Part shown: piece by piece, positions 36,250-48,348 of the stretch
How positions within the stretch are numbered: the stretch's first letter is position 1
Layout of the letters: the number at the start of each line of letters is the position of its first letter
Assembly: GCF_006345805.1 (NCBI RefSeq)
Contig: NC_043024.1
Location: 14,880,001 to 14,944,000 of the forward strand
Direction of reading: 5' to 3'
Source of the DNA: Octopus sinensis
Lineage: Eukaryota
DNA: 64,000 nucleotides
Translations under genes and position numbers: made by a program
Notes under the pieces: model-generated
What the model saw: the letters and a program-made list of their open reading frames with translations, nothing else
Database searches by the model: none
Told to the model about the DNA's origin: nothing

Positions 36250-36825
36250 CTTTTACTTGTTTCAGTCATTTTGACTATGGCCATGCTGGAGCACCACCTT
36301 TAGTCAAGCAAATCGACCCCAGGACTTATCCTTTGTAAGCCTAGTACTTATTCTATCGGTCTCTTTTGCCAAACCGCTATGTTACAGGGACGTAAATACA
36401 CCAGCATCGGTTGTCAAGGGATGTTGGGGGGGCGGACAAACACAGACACACAAACATACATATACATTATTATTATTTGGCTGTGTGGTAAGTAGCTTGT
36501 TTATCAACCACATGGTTCTGGGATCAGTCCCACTGCGTGGCACCTTGGGCAAATGTCTTCTACTATAGCCTCGGGCCGACCAAAGCATTGTGAGTGGATT
36601 TGGTAGACGGAAACTGAAAGAAGCCTGCCGTATATATGTATGTTTGTGTGTCTGTGTTTGTCCCCCCAACATCGCATGACAACCGATGCTGGTGTGTTTA
36701 CGTCCCCGTAGCTTAGCAGTTCGGCAAAAGAGTCTGATAGAATAAGTCCTGGGGTCGATTTTCTTGACTAAAGGCGGTGCTCCAGCATGGCTGCAGTCAA
36801 ATGACTGAAACAAGTAAAAGAGTAA
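36250..36825. mobile_element. Inverted SINE B pair: - 3' half (36250-36465) and + full copy (36478-36825)
   Basis: Direct reading against the family B consensus from other copies. Confidence 0.85.
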
Positions 36826-36829
36826 GAGT

Positions 36830-37122
36830 ATTATTATTATTATTCAGGTCACTGCCTCGAATCGAACTCAGAATCTTGGGGTTAGCAGCCTGTGGGCATT
36901 TGGCATAGTGGTTAAGAGCACGTGCTACTAACCCCAAGATTCCGAGTTTGATTCCAGGCAGTGACCTTAATAATAATAATAACATTGAAAAGTACCTTAG
37001 GAATGAGAACCCAAGTTCGAAATTTCCTCAAGACACCTGATGAAGGCTGGAGGGTATATCAGCTGAAATGTGTTAACAACAAACAAGATGAGGACAAATA
37101 TCCGTCAAATGAAAATAATGTA
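36830..37122 (+). mobile_element. Element C: inverted 60-bp arm, tRNA-like head, (AAT)n, body, hammerhead-like motif
   Basis: 36830-36889 is the reverse complement of 36924-36983; A-box tggcatagtgg at 36901, B-box near 36945; gacac-ctgatga-a-ggctg..cagct-gaaa at 37032-37068. Confidence 0.8.
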
Positions 37123-37524
37123 AAGCCCTTTGATATTAAACATTTTCCAGGGAGATCAAAAAACATGACAATATTTTGTGCTTAGCAGTATTTCACCTGA
37201 CTTAAATGTTCTGAGTTCAAATTCTGCCAAGGTCGACTTTGCCTTTCATCCTTTTGGGGTTGATAAATTAAGTACCAGTTGCATACTGGAGTTGATCTAA
37301 TCGAATGCCCTCCACCTCCAAAAAAATAAAATTTCAGGCTTTGTTCCTAGAGTAGAAAAGAATATTTTGTGCATTGAACTGCAGGTCCACCTTCCACAGG
37401 TAAACTGCAGAAGCCAATGAGAAAAAAAGAATAATGTACTTGTGTTTCATGTAAGATGCAACAGGATTTCTAATTCACTGCAACCATGAAGTGGAAAGAT
37501 ATCCTTTAGAAAGGAAGCAGGATT

Positions 37525-39036
37525 GGCTGTGTGGTAAGTAGCTTGTTTATCAACCACATGGTTCCGGGTTCAATCCCACTGCGTGGCACCTTGGGCAAGT
37601 GTCTTCTACTATAACCTCGGGCCGACCAAAGCCTTGTGAGTGGATTTGGTAGACGGAACTGAAAGAAGCCCGTCGTATATATGTACATATATATGTGTGT
37701 GTCTGTGTTTGTCCCCCTAGCATTGCTTGACAACCGATGCTGGTGTGTTTATGTCCCTGTTACTTAGCGGTTCGGCAAAAGAGACCGATAGAATAAGTAC
37801 TGGGCTTACAAAAGAATAAGTCCCGGGGTCGAGTTGCTTGAATAAAGGCGCTGCTCCAGCATGGCCGCAGTCAAATGACTGAAACAAGTAAAAGAGTATA
37901 TATAGGTTCAGGTGTAGCTGTCTGGTAAGAAACTTGCTTCCCAACCACTTGGGTCCAATTTCATTCCCACTGCATGGCACCTTGAGCAAGTGTCAAATAC
38001 TATAGCCTTAGGCCGACCAAAGCTATATGAGTGGATTTGGTAGATGGAAACTGAAAAGAAGCCCATCATTGTATATATTTGTGTCTATCTCTGTCGCCCC
38101 ACCACCATCACTTGATGGCTGATGGTGCCTTTGTGTTGCCATAACTTAGCAGTTCAGGAAAAGAGACCGATAGAATAAGAATGTCCTGGGGTTGATTTCT
38201 TCAATTCAAAGGCAGTGCTCCAGCATGACCATAGTCAGATGACTGAAACAAGTGAAAGAATAACGGAATATATCATTCAACCACGGTAGTGGTTGAATAT
38301 ATTCTTAAGTCCACCATTTCGTCACTCGCAGCAGCCTCCAAGCTTCACCACTAATTCAGTTCTCAACTAAATTGTAAACTTAATAGTTTTAAAGAGGGCA
38401 CCTCCTCAGCTACACTTTGGCATAGTTTGAGATTTGGTGCAGTAGAAAAAAAGTTACATCAAAATATCTGCGACTTCAGGGGTAAGGCATCTTCAATTAA
38501 CATAAATTTTTTTAATTTTAAATTAAAAGCATACTTTTCTTGGGCTTAAATGATAGAAAAATGCATGAGGAATTCGGAATTGTTAGTTGCATAGAACAAA
38601 AGTTAGTAGAAAAACAGTTATGAAATAAAATATTACAAATAAAATATTATATTGGGCGCAGGAGTGGCTGTGTGGTAAGTAGCTTGCTAACCAACCACAT
38701 GGTTCCGGGTTCAGTCCCACTGCGTGGCATCTTGGGCAAGTGTCTTCTGCTATAGCCCCGGGCCGACCAATGCCTTGTGAGTGGATTTGGTAGACAGAAA
38801 CTGAAAGAAGCCTGTCGTATATATGTATGTGTGTGTGTCTGTGTTTGTCCCCTTAGCATTGCTTGACAACCGATGCTGGTGTGTTTACATCCCTGTCACT
38901 TAGCAGTTCGGCAAAAGAGACCGATAGAATAAGTACTGGGCTTACAAAGAATAAGCCCCGGGGTCGATTTGCTCGACTAAAAGGTGGTGCTCCAGCATGG
39001 CCGCAGTCAAATGACTGAAACAAGTAAAAGAGTAAA
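37525..39036 (+). mobile_element. SINE B copies: full at 37525-37895 and 38655-39036, decayed at about 37905-38260
   Basis: Head ggcgcaggagtggctgtgtggtaag, central microsatellite, tail ctccagcatggccgcagtcaaatgactgaaacaagtaaaagag. Confidence 0.88.
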
Positions 39037-39288
39037 CTTTTATGTCAGTAAGTAAGGGAGTAACACTTAAGCAATAAGAAAAAAGAATATATTTCTAAAA
39101 TGAATGTTTACATTCTAAGGCGGCAAGCTGGAAGAAATGTTAGCACAAGAGGTATTTTGTTTGTCTTTACATTTTGAGTTCAATTTTTGCTGAGCTTCAC
39201 TTTGATATACAGTTTATTTGATTAATTTTTTTTAACACTTTCAAAATTCTGATACTGGTAGAATGTGTCACATAGAACGTTTTTGACA

Positions 39289-42061
39289 AGATTTTGTATT
39301 TTAGAAGTTATTTCGTCAGAAGTTAGAGTGACAATGGACAAATTCATGTTTGATATGTGCCAATATATGAAACTCTCAGCTTTTGACTTAATCTCCAACT
39401 TCTGCTGATTATATATATACATATTACATATATGTGTAAACAAATCTCATCACGCAATTGAACCAATGAAAGAGCCTCTGCCTGGTCGCTCAACACACTA
39501 AAAATAGCAGCCAAAGTATCCCCCTACCTAAATCACATGCCCATTTTATGTAATGTCCTAGATTATCCCTGAAAAGACAATTTGCTGAAGGCTGGAATGT
39601 CTTTGATGATTGGTTTGCATCATCAGGGTTGATTTGAGGCTAAATAACAACATTATGGTAAATTTCTATATCAACACCTGCATGATTTTCATCCGCATCT
39701 TATCCTAGCACCCAGAGGACCCAACATTTTCACTAAGAAAGAAAAAACAAAAAATTTGATATTTTGTGTAGAATCAAGTACCCTGACCTCCCAATATGCT
39801 GCAAATCCTATATTTTGGTTTGGAAAAAATGATGTGGGGGTTTCTCTCCACCCCCCTCCCAAGCCTGGAATCATTGGAATTTTTTTTTCATTAAATGAAT
39901 TCCTGTGACCTCCTAATATTGCAAAATTAGGTTACTTAAGGTGAGCCTGGTAACTGATGGTTTTGGGGTCTTGTTGTTTGTAACTTTTGGTGAGCCATGG
40001 TGCAACTAACAACATGGTAAAAATCCCTGCCATTAATTTGGTATGGATGGGTAATATCAAATAATTCAATCACAACATATATTTAAATTAAACATGAAAA
40101 AAATTGAAATATTATCACTTACATGGAAAAATTGAAATATTATCATTCAGTATTTTATAAGGTAAAATCTTAAATTATTAATTGACACATTATTAATTAT
40201 CTTATAACAGCAATGCCTGGAAAAATGCGAGCATGAAAAGTAATATTCTTAAGATTATAATCCTAGAAAAGTACAGAACAAATCATTACACCTGTAAAAG
40301 TATAGGAGAAGCTATTACTTCTTGTAAAAAATAAAAAAACCTTTTACTTAAAATATTGCAATTAAAATTAAAATTGGAATAGTAAAACTTATTTTATTAT
40401 AGTTTAAAAATAACACGATACTTATTTAAGTAGAATTTGGCCAATTTACTACCTTAAATACAGAACAAAGTGACTAATTAGACAAACTTACAAATTAGCT
40501 GAACAGTTTTGTACAATAAATTTAAAAGATGAAAACTGTAAAGATTGATAAATTAGAAGAACTGGCATTCTTTACTGCAATATTCTAAGTAAAAAGTTTC
40601 TTATTCTTTACTTTACTAGAAGTAATAGCTTGTCATATACTTTTACAGGTGTAATAACTCATCCTGTACTTTTACAGGTTTATAATCTTAGGAATATTAC
40701 TTTTTATGCTCGCATTTTACCTTGTAATATATATTGGGTCATCCCATAAATAATGCAGTTTTTCAGCTGCATGAAGTAAAAGTCGGAGGAGGACAGGATA
40801 AATTACCTGCATCAACTTGCTATAAAAGCAGGTAGTAATTTTACTTTGTATTTATTCTTAGTGCAAGTTTTGAAGAGTGCAGTTCAATTTTAAGTTATTT
40901 TTTTCAAAGCTATAATAGAAATAACAAAGGAGCATATTTTGCTTTATGAGTTCAATAAAGACAAGGATGAGAAATATTAATGCAGTATATGGGGATCAGA
41001 CAGTAAGCGTGATCCAGTGTCAACAGTAGTTCCAGAAATTCTGAGCCAGAAACTACAGCCTAGAAGACTAGTGTCCTGAAAAATCTGTAGGGCTCAAAGA
41101 GGACATCCTACAAACCCTGGTGGAACAAAATCAAATTGTAACTGTTGAGGAACTAGCAGGAAAGCTTGGATTTGGTCGGTCAACCATTCATTAACACCTG
41201 CATGCCATCAGAAATCTGAGTCAATGGGTTCTTCACAAACTTTCTGAGTCTAATCGCACACAGAGAGTGAATGTGTGCTCTTCTTTGCTGTCATATCTCA
41301 TGAATGAATCGTTTTCTGGGACCAAAAAGTGACTGGTGATGAGAAATGGGTTCTCTATAAAAATGTCAAGCACCAAAGACAGTAGGTAGGGAAAGGAGAA
41401 ACATTCGCACCACAGACTAAAGAAGGTCTTCACCCATCTAAGGTGTTGTTATCTGTTTGGTGGGATATGAAAATTTAGTCCACTTTGAACATTTAAACCC
41501 AAACCAAATGATAACAAAGGAGATCCACTGTGAGTCGGTTGAGTGGTTTAAGTCAGCACTAGAAGAAAAACGACCATCTTTGATTTCAAGACGAGAGGTG
41601 TTCTTCCATCAGGGTAATGCTTGGCCATATACAGCAAGGATAATATTTGAAAGGCTGGAACAGTTTGAATGGGAAACGATGTTCCACCCACCATATTCAC
41701 CAGACATTGCCCCATCTGATTATCATTTATTCTGCAGTCTTCAAAATCATTTGGACAGCAAAAATATGAATTCTGTGGACAAGGTCAGTACAGCACTGGA
41801 GGAGTATTTTTTATCACAGACAAGTGAATTTTGGAAGAGGGGCCTTGCTAGTCTAGCAAATTGATGGAAGAGCATTGTAGAAAATGAAGGAGAGTATATT
41901 TTAGATTAAAAAAGAACTTTATCTGAATTTTGAAAAGTAAAAGAAGAATAAAAAGACCATATTATTTATGGGATGACCCAGTATCTATTTATATGCATAT
42001 GTTTATATATCATCATCATCGTTTAATGTCCGTTTTCCATGCTAACATGGGTTGGATGGTT
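39289..42061. repeat. Inverted segmental duplicate of 12424-15209 (includes the foldback MITE at about 40212-40727)
   Basis: Colinear reverse complement with few differences. Confidence 0.95.
40734..41981 (+). mobile_element. Defective mariner, duplicate of 12504-13744
   Basis: Same TIRs and TA flanks; TGDEKW and YSPDIAPSDY motifs; second Asp replaced (HQGNA). Confidence 0.95.
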
Positions 42062-42399
42062 GGAGGATTGTGGTTTCAATTCCCAGACCGGGTGTTGTGT
42101 GTGTTTATTGAGCAAAAACACCTAAAGCTCCATGAGGCTCCGGCAGGGGCTGGTGGCAACCCCTGTTGTACAAAAAAATCCGTTTGTCTGTCCTTGTTTG
42201 TCCCCTCTGTGTTTAGCCCCATGTGGGTAGTCAAGAAATAAGTATTTAGTAGACATACTTATGCATGATACATTGATAAGTTTAAAGTACCAGGTAGGGC
42301 CCACATCGACAAAAAGGTATCACGAAGGGTGTCTATTTATTTTTGAAATCTGTGTATTATATCATTTATCTTTTCTTTTATTCTTTTACTGGTTTCAGT

Positions 42400-42925
42400 C
42401 ATTTGACTGTGGCCATGCTGGAGCACCACCTCGAAGGGTTTTAGTTGAACAAATCAACCCCAGGACTTATTTTTTTTTAAAGACTAGTACTTATTCTATT
42501 GGTCTCTTTTGCCGAACTGCTAAGTTATTCTTCTTAAGCGCAGGAGTTGCTGTGTGGTAAGTAGCTTGTTTACTAACCACATGGTTCCAAGTTCAGTCCC
42601 ACTGCATGGCACCTTCTACTATAGCCTCGGGTCGACCAATGCCTTGTGAGTGGATTTTGTAGATGGAAACTGAAAGAAGCCCATCGTATTTATGTATATA
42701 TATATATATGCGTGTGTGTGTTTGTGTGTCTGTGTTTGTCCCCCTAGCATTGTTTGACAACCGATGCTGGTGTGCTTACGTCCCTGTCACTTAGCGGTTC
42801 GGCAAGAAAGACCGATAGAATAAGTACTGGGCTTACAAAAGAATAAGTCCCGGGGTTGAGTTGCTCGATTAAAGGCGGTGCTCCAGCATGGCCGCAGTCA
42901 AATGACTGAAACAAGTAAAAGAGTA
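42400..42925. mobile_element. SINE B + copy (42538-42925) next to a - fragment
   Basis: Direct reading. Confidence 0.8.
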
Positions 42926-43836
42926 AAAGGGAGAGAGAGTAAGCCTAGTACTTATTCTATGTCCCTTCTGACGCAATTTACAGCTGGAGGCAAAATATTT
43001 TTCTAATGTAGTTATGCTTTTCGACCAATATGCATTCAGCAGTAACAAAACTCAAAGTGACATAGCTTCACCAACCACCACCACCACCACCACCACCACT
43101 AAACCACCCCCTTTGGGATTTTTAAGATTTTTTTTTTTAAAGGAACACACTAGATCGATGGAGGAGATTCCGAATCTACACAAAAGAAAAAGAAGCATTT
43201 CAAAATTTTAAATCCCCCCCCTTCCTGCTAGCCATTTCTTAAATTTTCCCTTTAGAAAAAATTGGGAAAGTGTGTGCATGTGTGTGGCGGGGGGCAAAAT
43301 ACGTAGAAAAATTCGGAGATTATGATACTGAAGAAAAAAAAAATTTGTAAAATTTCAATTTTTCAAAATAAATAAATAAACACCTCTCCCCTCCTCCCTA
43401 TGACACGAAATGACGCGATCTTTCGTCTCTAGTAGACCTTTCCGTCGATTTCCATAAAAAATTTTTTTTTTTACATATGGGCTTGCGGGAACTTTTGAAG
43501 TAATATACATACATATACACATACACCGAGTAAAATCTTTCAGTTATCTCTTTCTTTCACACATTACTCTGTCTCTTCACACACACTAACAGAAGCACTT
43601 CACTTACACATCATACTGTCTGTCTCCCACACCCCATCAAACACACACACACACACATGTACATCAATGCTTCCCCTGGACGGTAACTTCAAAAGAACTT
43701 CCCTCGTCATACAATCGCTTTCTCTTAGTCTCTTTCGCTCTCATTACTTCAAAAGTTCCCGCAAGCCCATATGTAAAAAAAAAAAAATTTTTTTATGGAA
43801 ATCGATGGAAAGGTCTACTAGAGACGAAAGATTGCC

Positions 43837-43869
<33 letters not shown>

Positions 43870-43895
43870 TATATGTTACAATTATTCAATAGTCA

Positions 43896-43958
43896 AGATA
43901 AAACTCTGAGTTTCGGATGCCGAAGTGGAAATCCACAACACCATCTCTTCGGTTATCT
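43896..43958 (-). ncRNA. Minimal type-I hammerhead ribozyme fold with a U4-to-C core change (Penelope-type relic)
   Basis: Minus strand AGAUAA-CCGAAGA-GAUG..GUGGA UU UCCAC..CAUC-C-GAAA-CUC A GAGU-U-UUAUCU: 6-bp stem I, 4-bp stem III, GUU site. Confidence 0.65.
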
Positions 43959-44429
43959 GGCCATCTGAAAAACGCCATGAAAAAATACCGTTATATGAAG
44001 GGAAATTACTGTGTTATAATTCCGCTACTAATATAAATTAAGATGAAAAGTTGATAGTAAACACGTAAGCATGGCTACTCATACGCTATACATATATACA
44101 GCATGCTTCTTTCAGTTTGCATCTACTAAATCCACTCACAAGGCTTTGTCGACCCGAGACTAAAAAAGACATTTGCCCAAGGTGCACTCAGATGAACTGA
44201 ACCCAGAGCCATGTAGTTGGGAAGCAAGCTTCTTTATCTCTTTTAAATTGCCCTAAAGGCATTACACAGAGGGGGACACTACAACACATGTGGGAACATA
44301 TAACAATTAAGAATATAAATATAAAATATGATATAATGAATGACACATGAAAAACAAATTAATATATGATAACATCAATGAATATCTGAAAATGATATTA
44401 TGAAGGGTCTGCTCCTCACCCCACACTGA

Positions 44430-45487
44430 GTAACAGCACTCGCCGCCTCTGGGTCCTAAGTCCTTTTTTCCCTTTCTCCACCACGTAGTGACATCATTCT
44501 CTCCACTATGCATTCGTAAACTTTTTTGCCGGCGGCGGGTGGTGTCTGTTCTTTTTTTTTTCTTGGGAGGGGAAATGGGGTGGGTGGATTTGGTGTCAAT
44601 ATGGGTAGTGGGGGTCTGAGTTGTCTTGGGTGGGATGGAATGGACTAGGGTGCATCTTACACAGTGTTTTTTCTTTTTTTCTCTTTCTCCTTCTGCTCTC
44701 TGTAACTTTCCATTCTTCCTCTCTTTTCTCTTCCGTCTCCACAACTGTATCCTCATCCATTTTCCTCCGTAGAGGGCAGTATGCTCTAATGTGGCCCTTT
44801 TGGCCACATTTAAAACAACGTGGTACTCTGCCCTCTACCCACGCCCTCAGCACGATTTCCCCCAACATCACCATCTCTGCCAAGTTCTCCAGGTGTCCCT
44901 CCTCCACTTGAATAATGAGTTCAAGTGTCCTTCCTTTCCACCCTCCTTCTTCCGTTTCTGTGGCTTGGAGGATAGCCACCCTCTCGATTCCAACAAGCAC
45001 AGCTGTTGTTACCCAAGCCACTTCTATATCTGAAGGAATTGATTCTACCCTCACCTTGGAAGCCTTTCTTCCAAAATATGTGGACAGATGCACTACTTCC
45101 TCTGTTTTCACCGCCAGACTCTTCTACCATATTAAATTAGATGACCATTGTCCCATGTTCTTCTTTTGGTTATGTCAGTTATCTCCTTTGATCGTTCCCT
45201 CAGTACCTTTACCATTTCTGCTTTTTTTCCTTTCAATGAGTTCACGTTATGGGTGATCGTTTTCTTTTCCATTCTCTCCATTATTCCTTTGGGGAGAAAC
45301 AACTTCACGTCGCCACCCACCTTCTGAGCCATCTTCTCATACTTTTCGGAACAGCCAAGTCCAGCTTCCTTCACTTCAACTCCGTGGCTTCAGCAAAATT
45401 CCTTGTCTTCAACAAGCCATCCATCTTTATGACTGCCCTTACCAGCTCCTCCTCCGACAACTCAGACCTGTCAACGTCTGAGTACAT
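44430..45487 (-). pseudogene. LINE ORF1/gag-like relic with a CCHC zinc knuckle; paralog at 53130-54166
   Basis: VEGRVPRCFKCGQKGHIRAYC; ATG at 45487 (54166 in the paralog); frameshifts; no ORF2 follows. Confidence 0.82.
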
Positions 45488-46227
45488 CTTCTAAACACAA
45501 AAAACTACATCCGACTCTTACAAAATCCAGACAGCCGATAACCTGACACATGCATGGAAGCAAGCTCCTTACCACACTGCCCCTACATACACATATCTAT
45601 AGCTGTTAGGTATATTGTATTTTGATTTGCAATCATAATTTACTATTAAGAATATTAAGGGTTTGTAAGTCCGTATCGTATCCTACTTCAGTGTTAGCAG
45701 TGCATTATTTTCGTTTTTAAGTTAATTTCTATTGATTAACACAGGGAAACAAAGTTTCTGTTGGGTTAATAGCAGTTTCCGTCTACCAAATTCACTCAAG
45801 GCTGTGGTAAGCCTCAGGCCAGAAAAGAAACCCCTTGCCCAAAGTGCTGTGTAGTGGAACAGAGCTTAAGACCCCATGGTTAGCAACCAAGCTTCACAAC
45901 CACACAGACAGAATATATAGATGCGTTAATGGAGCAAGCTGAATTCACATCTGAAGTTAGTTTTCCTCTGAAATCTCTAGATTTTATGCAATTCAACTCA
46001 CTCTTTCTTCTAGAAATTTGGGTACATCTCACATGAGGATATGGACACACAGTCTTAACATTAGACTCAAAATAACCACCTGATGCTTACAGATGGGGAA
46101 ACTACGTTTAAAAAAAGTGTTGTTCTTATTTTTCAGTGGCAATACATTTCTCAGCTTTTTACCTGCAATAAAATTTCCCTTCTGAAAATATATTACACGG
46201 AATCATGTGTGTTCATCATTTTGACAT

Positions 46228-46269
46228 CCATCTGATCCTGCAAAGTATAGACTTTGCAGGATCAGATGG
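46228..46269. other. Perfect 19-bp inverted repeat with a 4-nt loop (also 62716-62757; one mismatch at 54907-54948)
   Basis: ccatctgatcctgcaaagt-atag-actttgcaggatcagatgg. Confidence 0.95.
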
Positions 46270-46943
46270 GGTTTCAATGAAGATTTTCTACAGCAGTATG
46301 ACTTTCTTGTTGTCATCCCTCACTTGTTCCCAAGTAAGATAATATATACTCATGACCAGACATTTGGAAATAAATAATACTGCTTGTGTGAGGGTAATAT
46401 TGAGACAACGGTACACGCAAACACACACACACATTCACATATGACGAGCTTCTTCCAGTTTCCGTCTACCAAATTCACTCACAAGGCTTTGGTCAGCCCA
46501 AAGTGCTGTGCAGTAGAACTGAACTTGAGACCACATGGTTAGCAAGCAAGCTTCACAACCACACAGACTATACATTAGAAGGAATATATATGAAGATTCT
46601 GAAAGAATGATTTATTAAAAATATCAGTTATAATTTATTGCATTAAAGTGGACATAGATATGGTTATACAAAGTGTCTGAAGATTGCTATATCTTCTTTG
46701 TCAAACAAATACACCGATGGTTATATAACATGAGATTTATGGAAAGATTTTTGACATTATATGGTAAATCTTCTGTATGAATATATACAGGTGTAGCTAA
46801 GTGGCTGCTTTGAGAGAATACTTTACCATGGATAGGGTTACATTCATGATATTCTCTTCTCTCTGAGTCTACATGTGGATTATTCAAGGGACTTCCCTTC
46901 AAAATATGATTCATCAGGTATTGATGAATACACCTGTGTCCAG

Positions 46944-47603
46944 TCAAGTTACAATAGATAATGAATTGTTACAGGTGTCACAATGATATGGATTGTCTCC
47001 TGTATGAATGAGTCTGTGCTTGTTTAAGCTACCTACCTGAGAGAATGATTTACCACAGATATCGCATTTAAAAGGTTTGATTCCTGAATGGCAGCGCTTG
47101 TGTTTAGTTAAGGTACTTCCTTCCGAGAAAGATTTACCACAGACATCACAGTGATATGGCTTTTTTCCTGTATGAATGTTTTTATGAGTGGTCAAGTGGC
47201 TTTTTCTAGAGAATGATTTATCACAGACATCACAATGAAATGGTTTCTCTCCTGTATGAAAGTACTTGTGTTTAGTTAAGTCACATTTTTGATAGAACGT
47301 TTTGCCACAAATATCACAAAGATATGGTTTTTCTCCAGTATGTGTACGTTTGTGAGTTGTCAAGTGACTTCCTTCAGAGTATGATTTATCACAGATATCA
47401 CAGTGATATGGTTTCTCACCTGTATGTACGCGTTTATGTCTAATTAAGAGATTATTTTCAGAAAAGGTTTTATCACAAATATCACACCGATGTGGTTTTG
47501 CTACTTTGGGAATTCGTCTGGGAGTCAAGATGTTACATTTTTGAGAGGATGACTTTTCACAGATATCACTACTATCTGTTGATTTCCCTGTCCCTTCTGC
47601 CAT
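46944..47603 (-). CDS. C2H2 zinc-finger protein, paralog A, 219 aa: 6 intact fingers plus a truncated 7th
   Basis: Six CxxC-x12-HxxxH units; upstream acceptor at 47975-47976; relic fingers continue out of frame. Confidence 0.9.
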   Translation of the reverse strand: MAEGTGKSTDSSDICEKSSSQKCNILTPRRIPKVAKPHRCDICDKTFSENNLLIRHKRVHTGEKPYHCDICDKSYSEGSHLTTHKRTHTGEKPYLCDICGKTFYQKCDLTKHKYFHTGEKPFHCDVCDKSFSRKSHLTTHKNIHTGKKPYHCDVCGKSFSEGSTLTKHKRCHSGIKPFKCDICGKSFSQVGSLNKHRLIHTGDNPYHCDTCNNSLSIVT

Positions 47604-48348
47604 CTCTTGAGGAAAATAAACTCAATCCTTTCACTTTCTCAAATAGATTTTTAAATAATTTCTCCTCTACCACAACTATATATATACAGTTGTACTTATA
47701 GTTTAATCATACATATTTTAACACCTATATTCCCATCAACAGTGATCTTTGTTGATATCTAAAGATGCTGCAAATTTATTCAACTTTAATTGGAATCCAA
47801 AAATCTTGCACACATTCCAAACAGTGATGTTTGAGAAATTTTGTTTACAAAAGAAATTTCAATAGAATTCCTCAAAGATTTATGTAAATCCATGCATCCG
47901 TTCTGTCTGTTCTGAATACTATCTTCCAGGATACCAAAGTGAAATATTCTCTCTTGTCAATGTCATCTGAGGTTCTGAAATAAAAGAGAAACAGGATAAG
48001 ATATATAGCATACTTAAGAAGATAAGATAAAAACAGTGAGAATTCTAGGTTTCAGTCATTGGAATGTGACCATGCTGACCTAATCAAAGCCATGTGAGTG
48101 GATTTAATAGATGGAAACTGAATGAAGTGTGTCAAATAGCTGTGTGTGTGCATATATATATATATATATATATAAATGTGTGTGTAGAGCAAAGATGGGA
48201 ATGTGGGAAAATATGTATAGAAAATCCTAGAAGAGCTGGCACTAAACTTTGGCATCAAGAGTTATACAATCCTCCAAACAGGACATCATTGCATTGTTCC
48301 AAAGGTCCCACCCATCCTGTCAAGAATAAGGACCAGATACAGCAGTAC

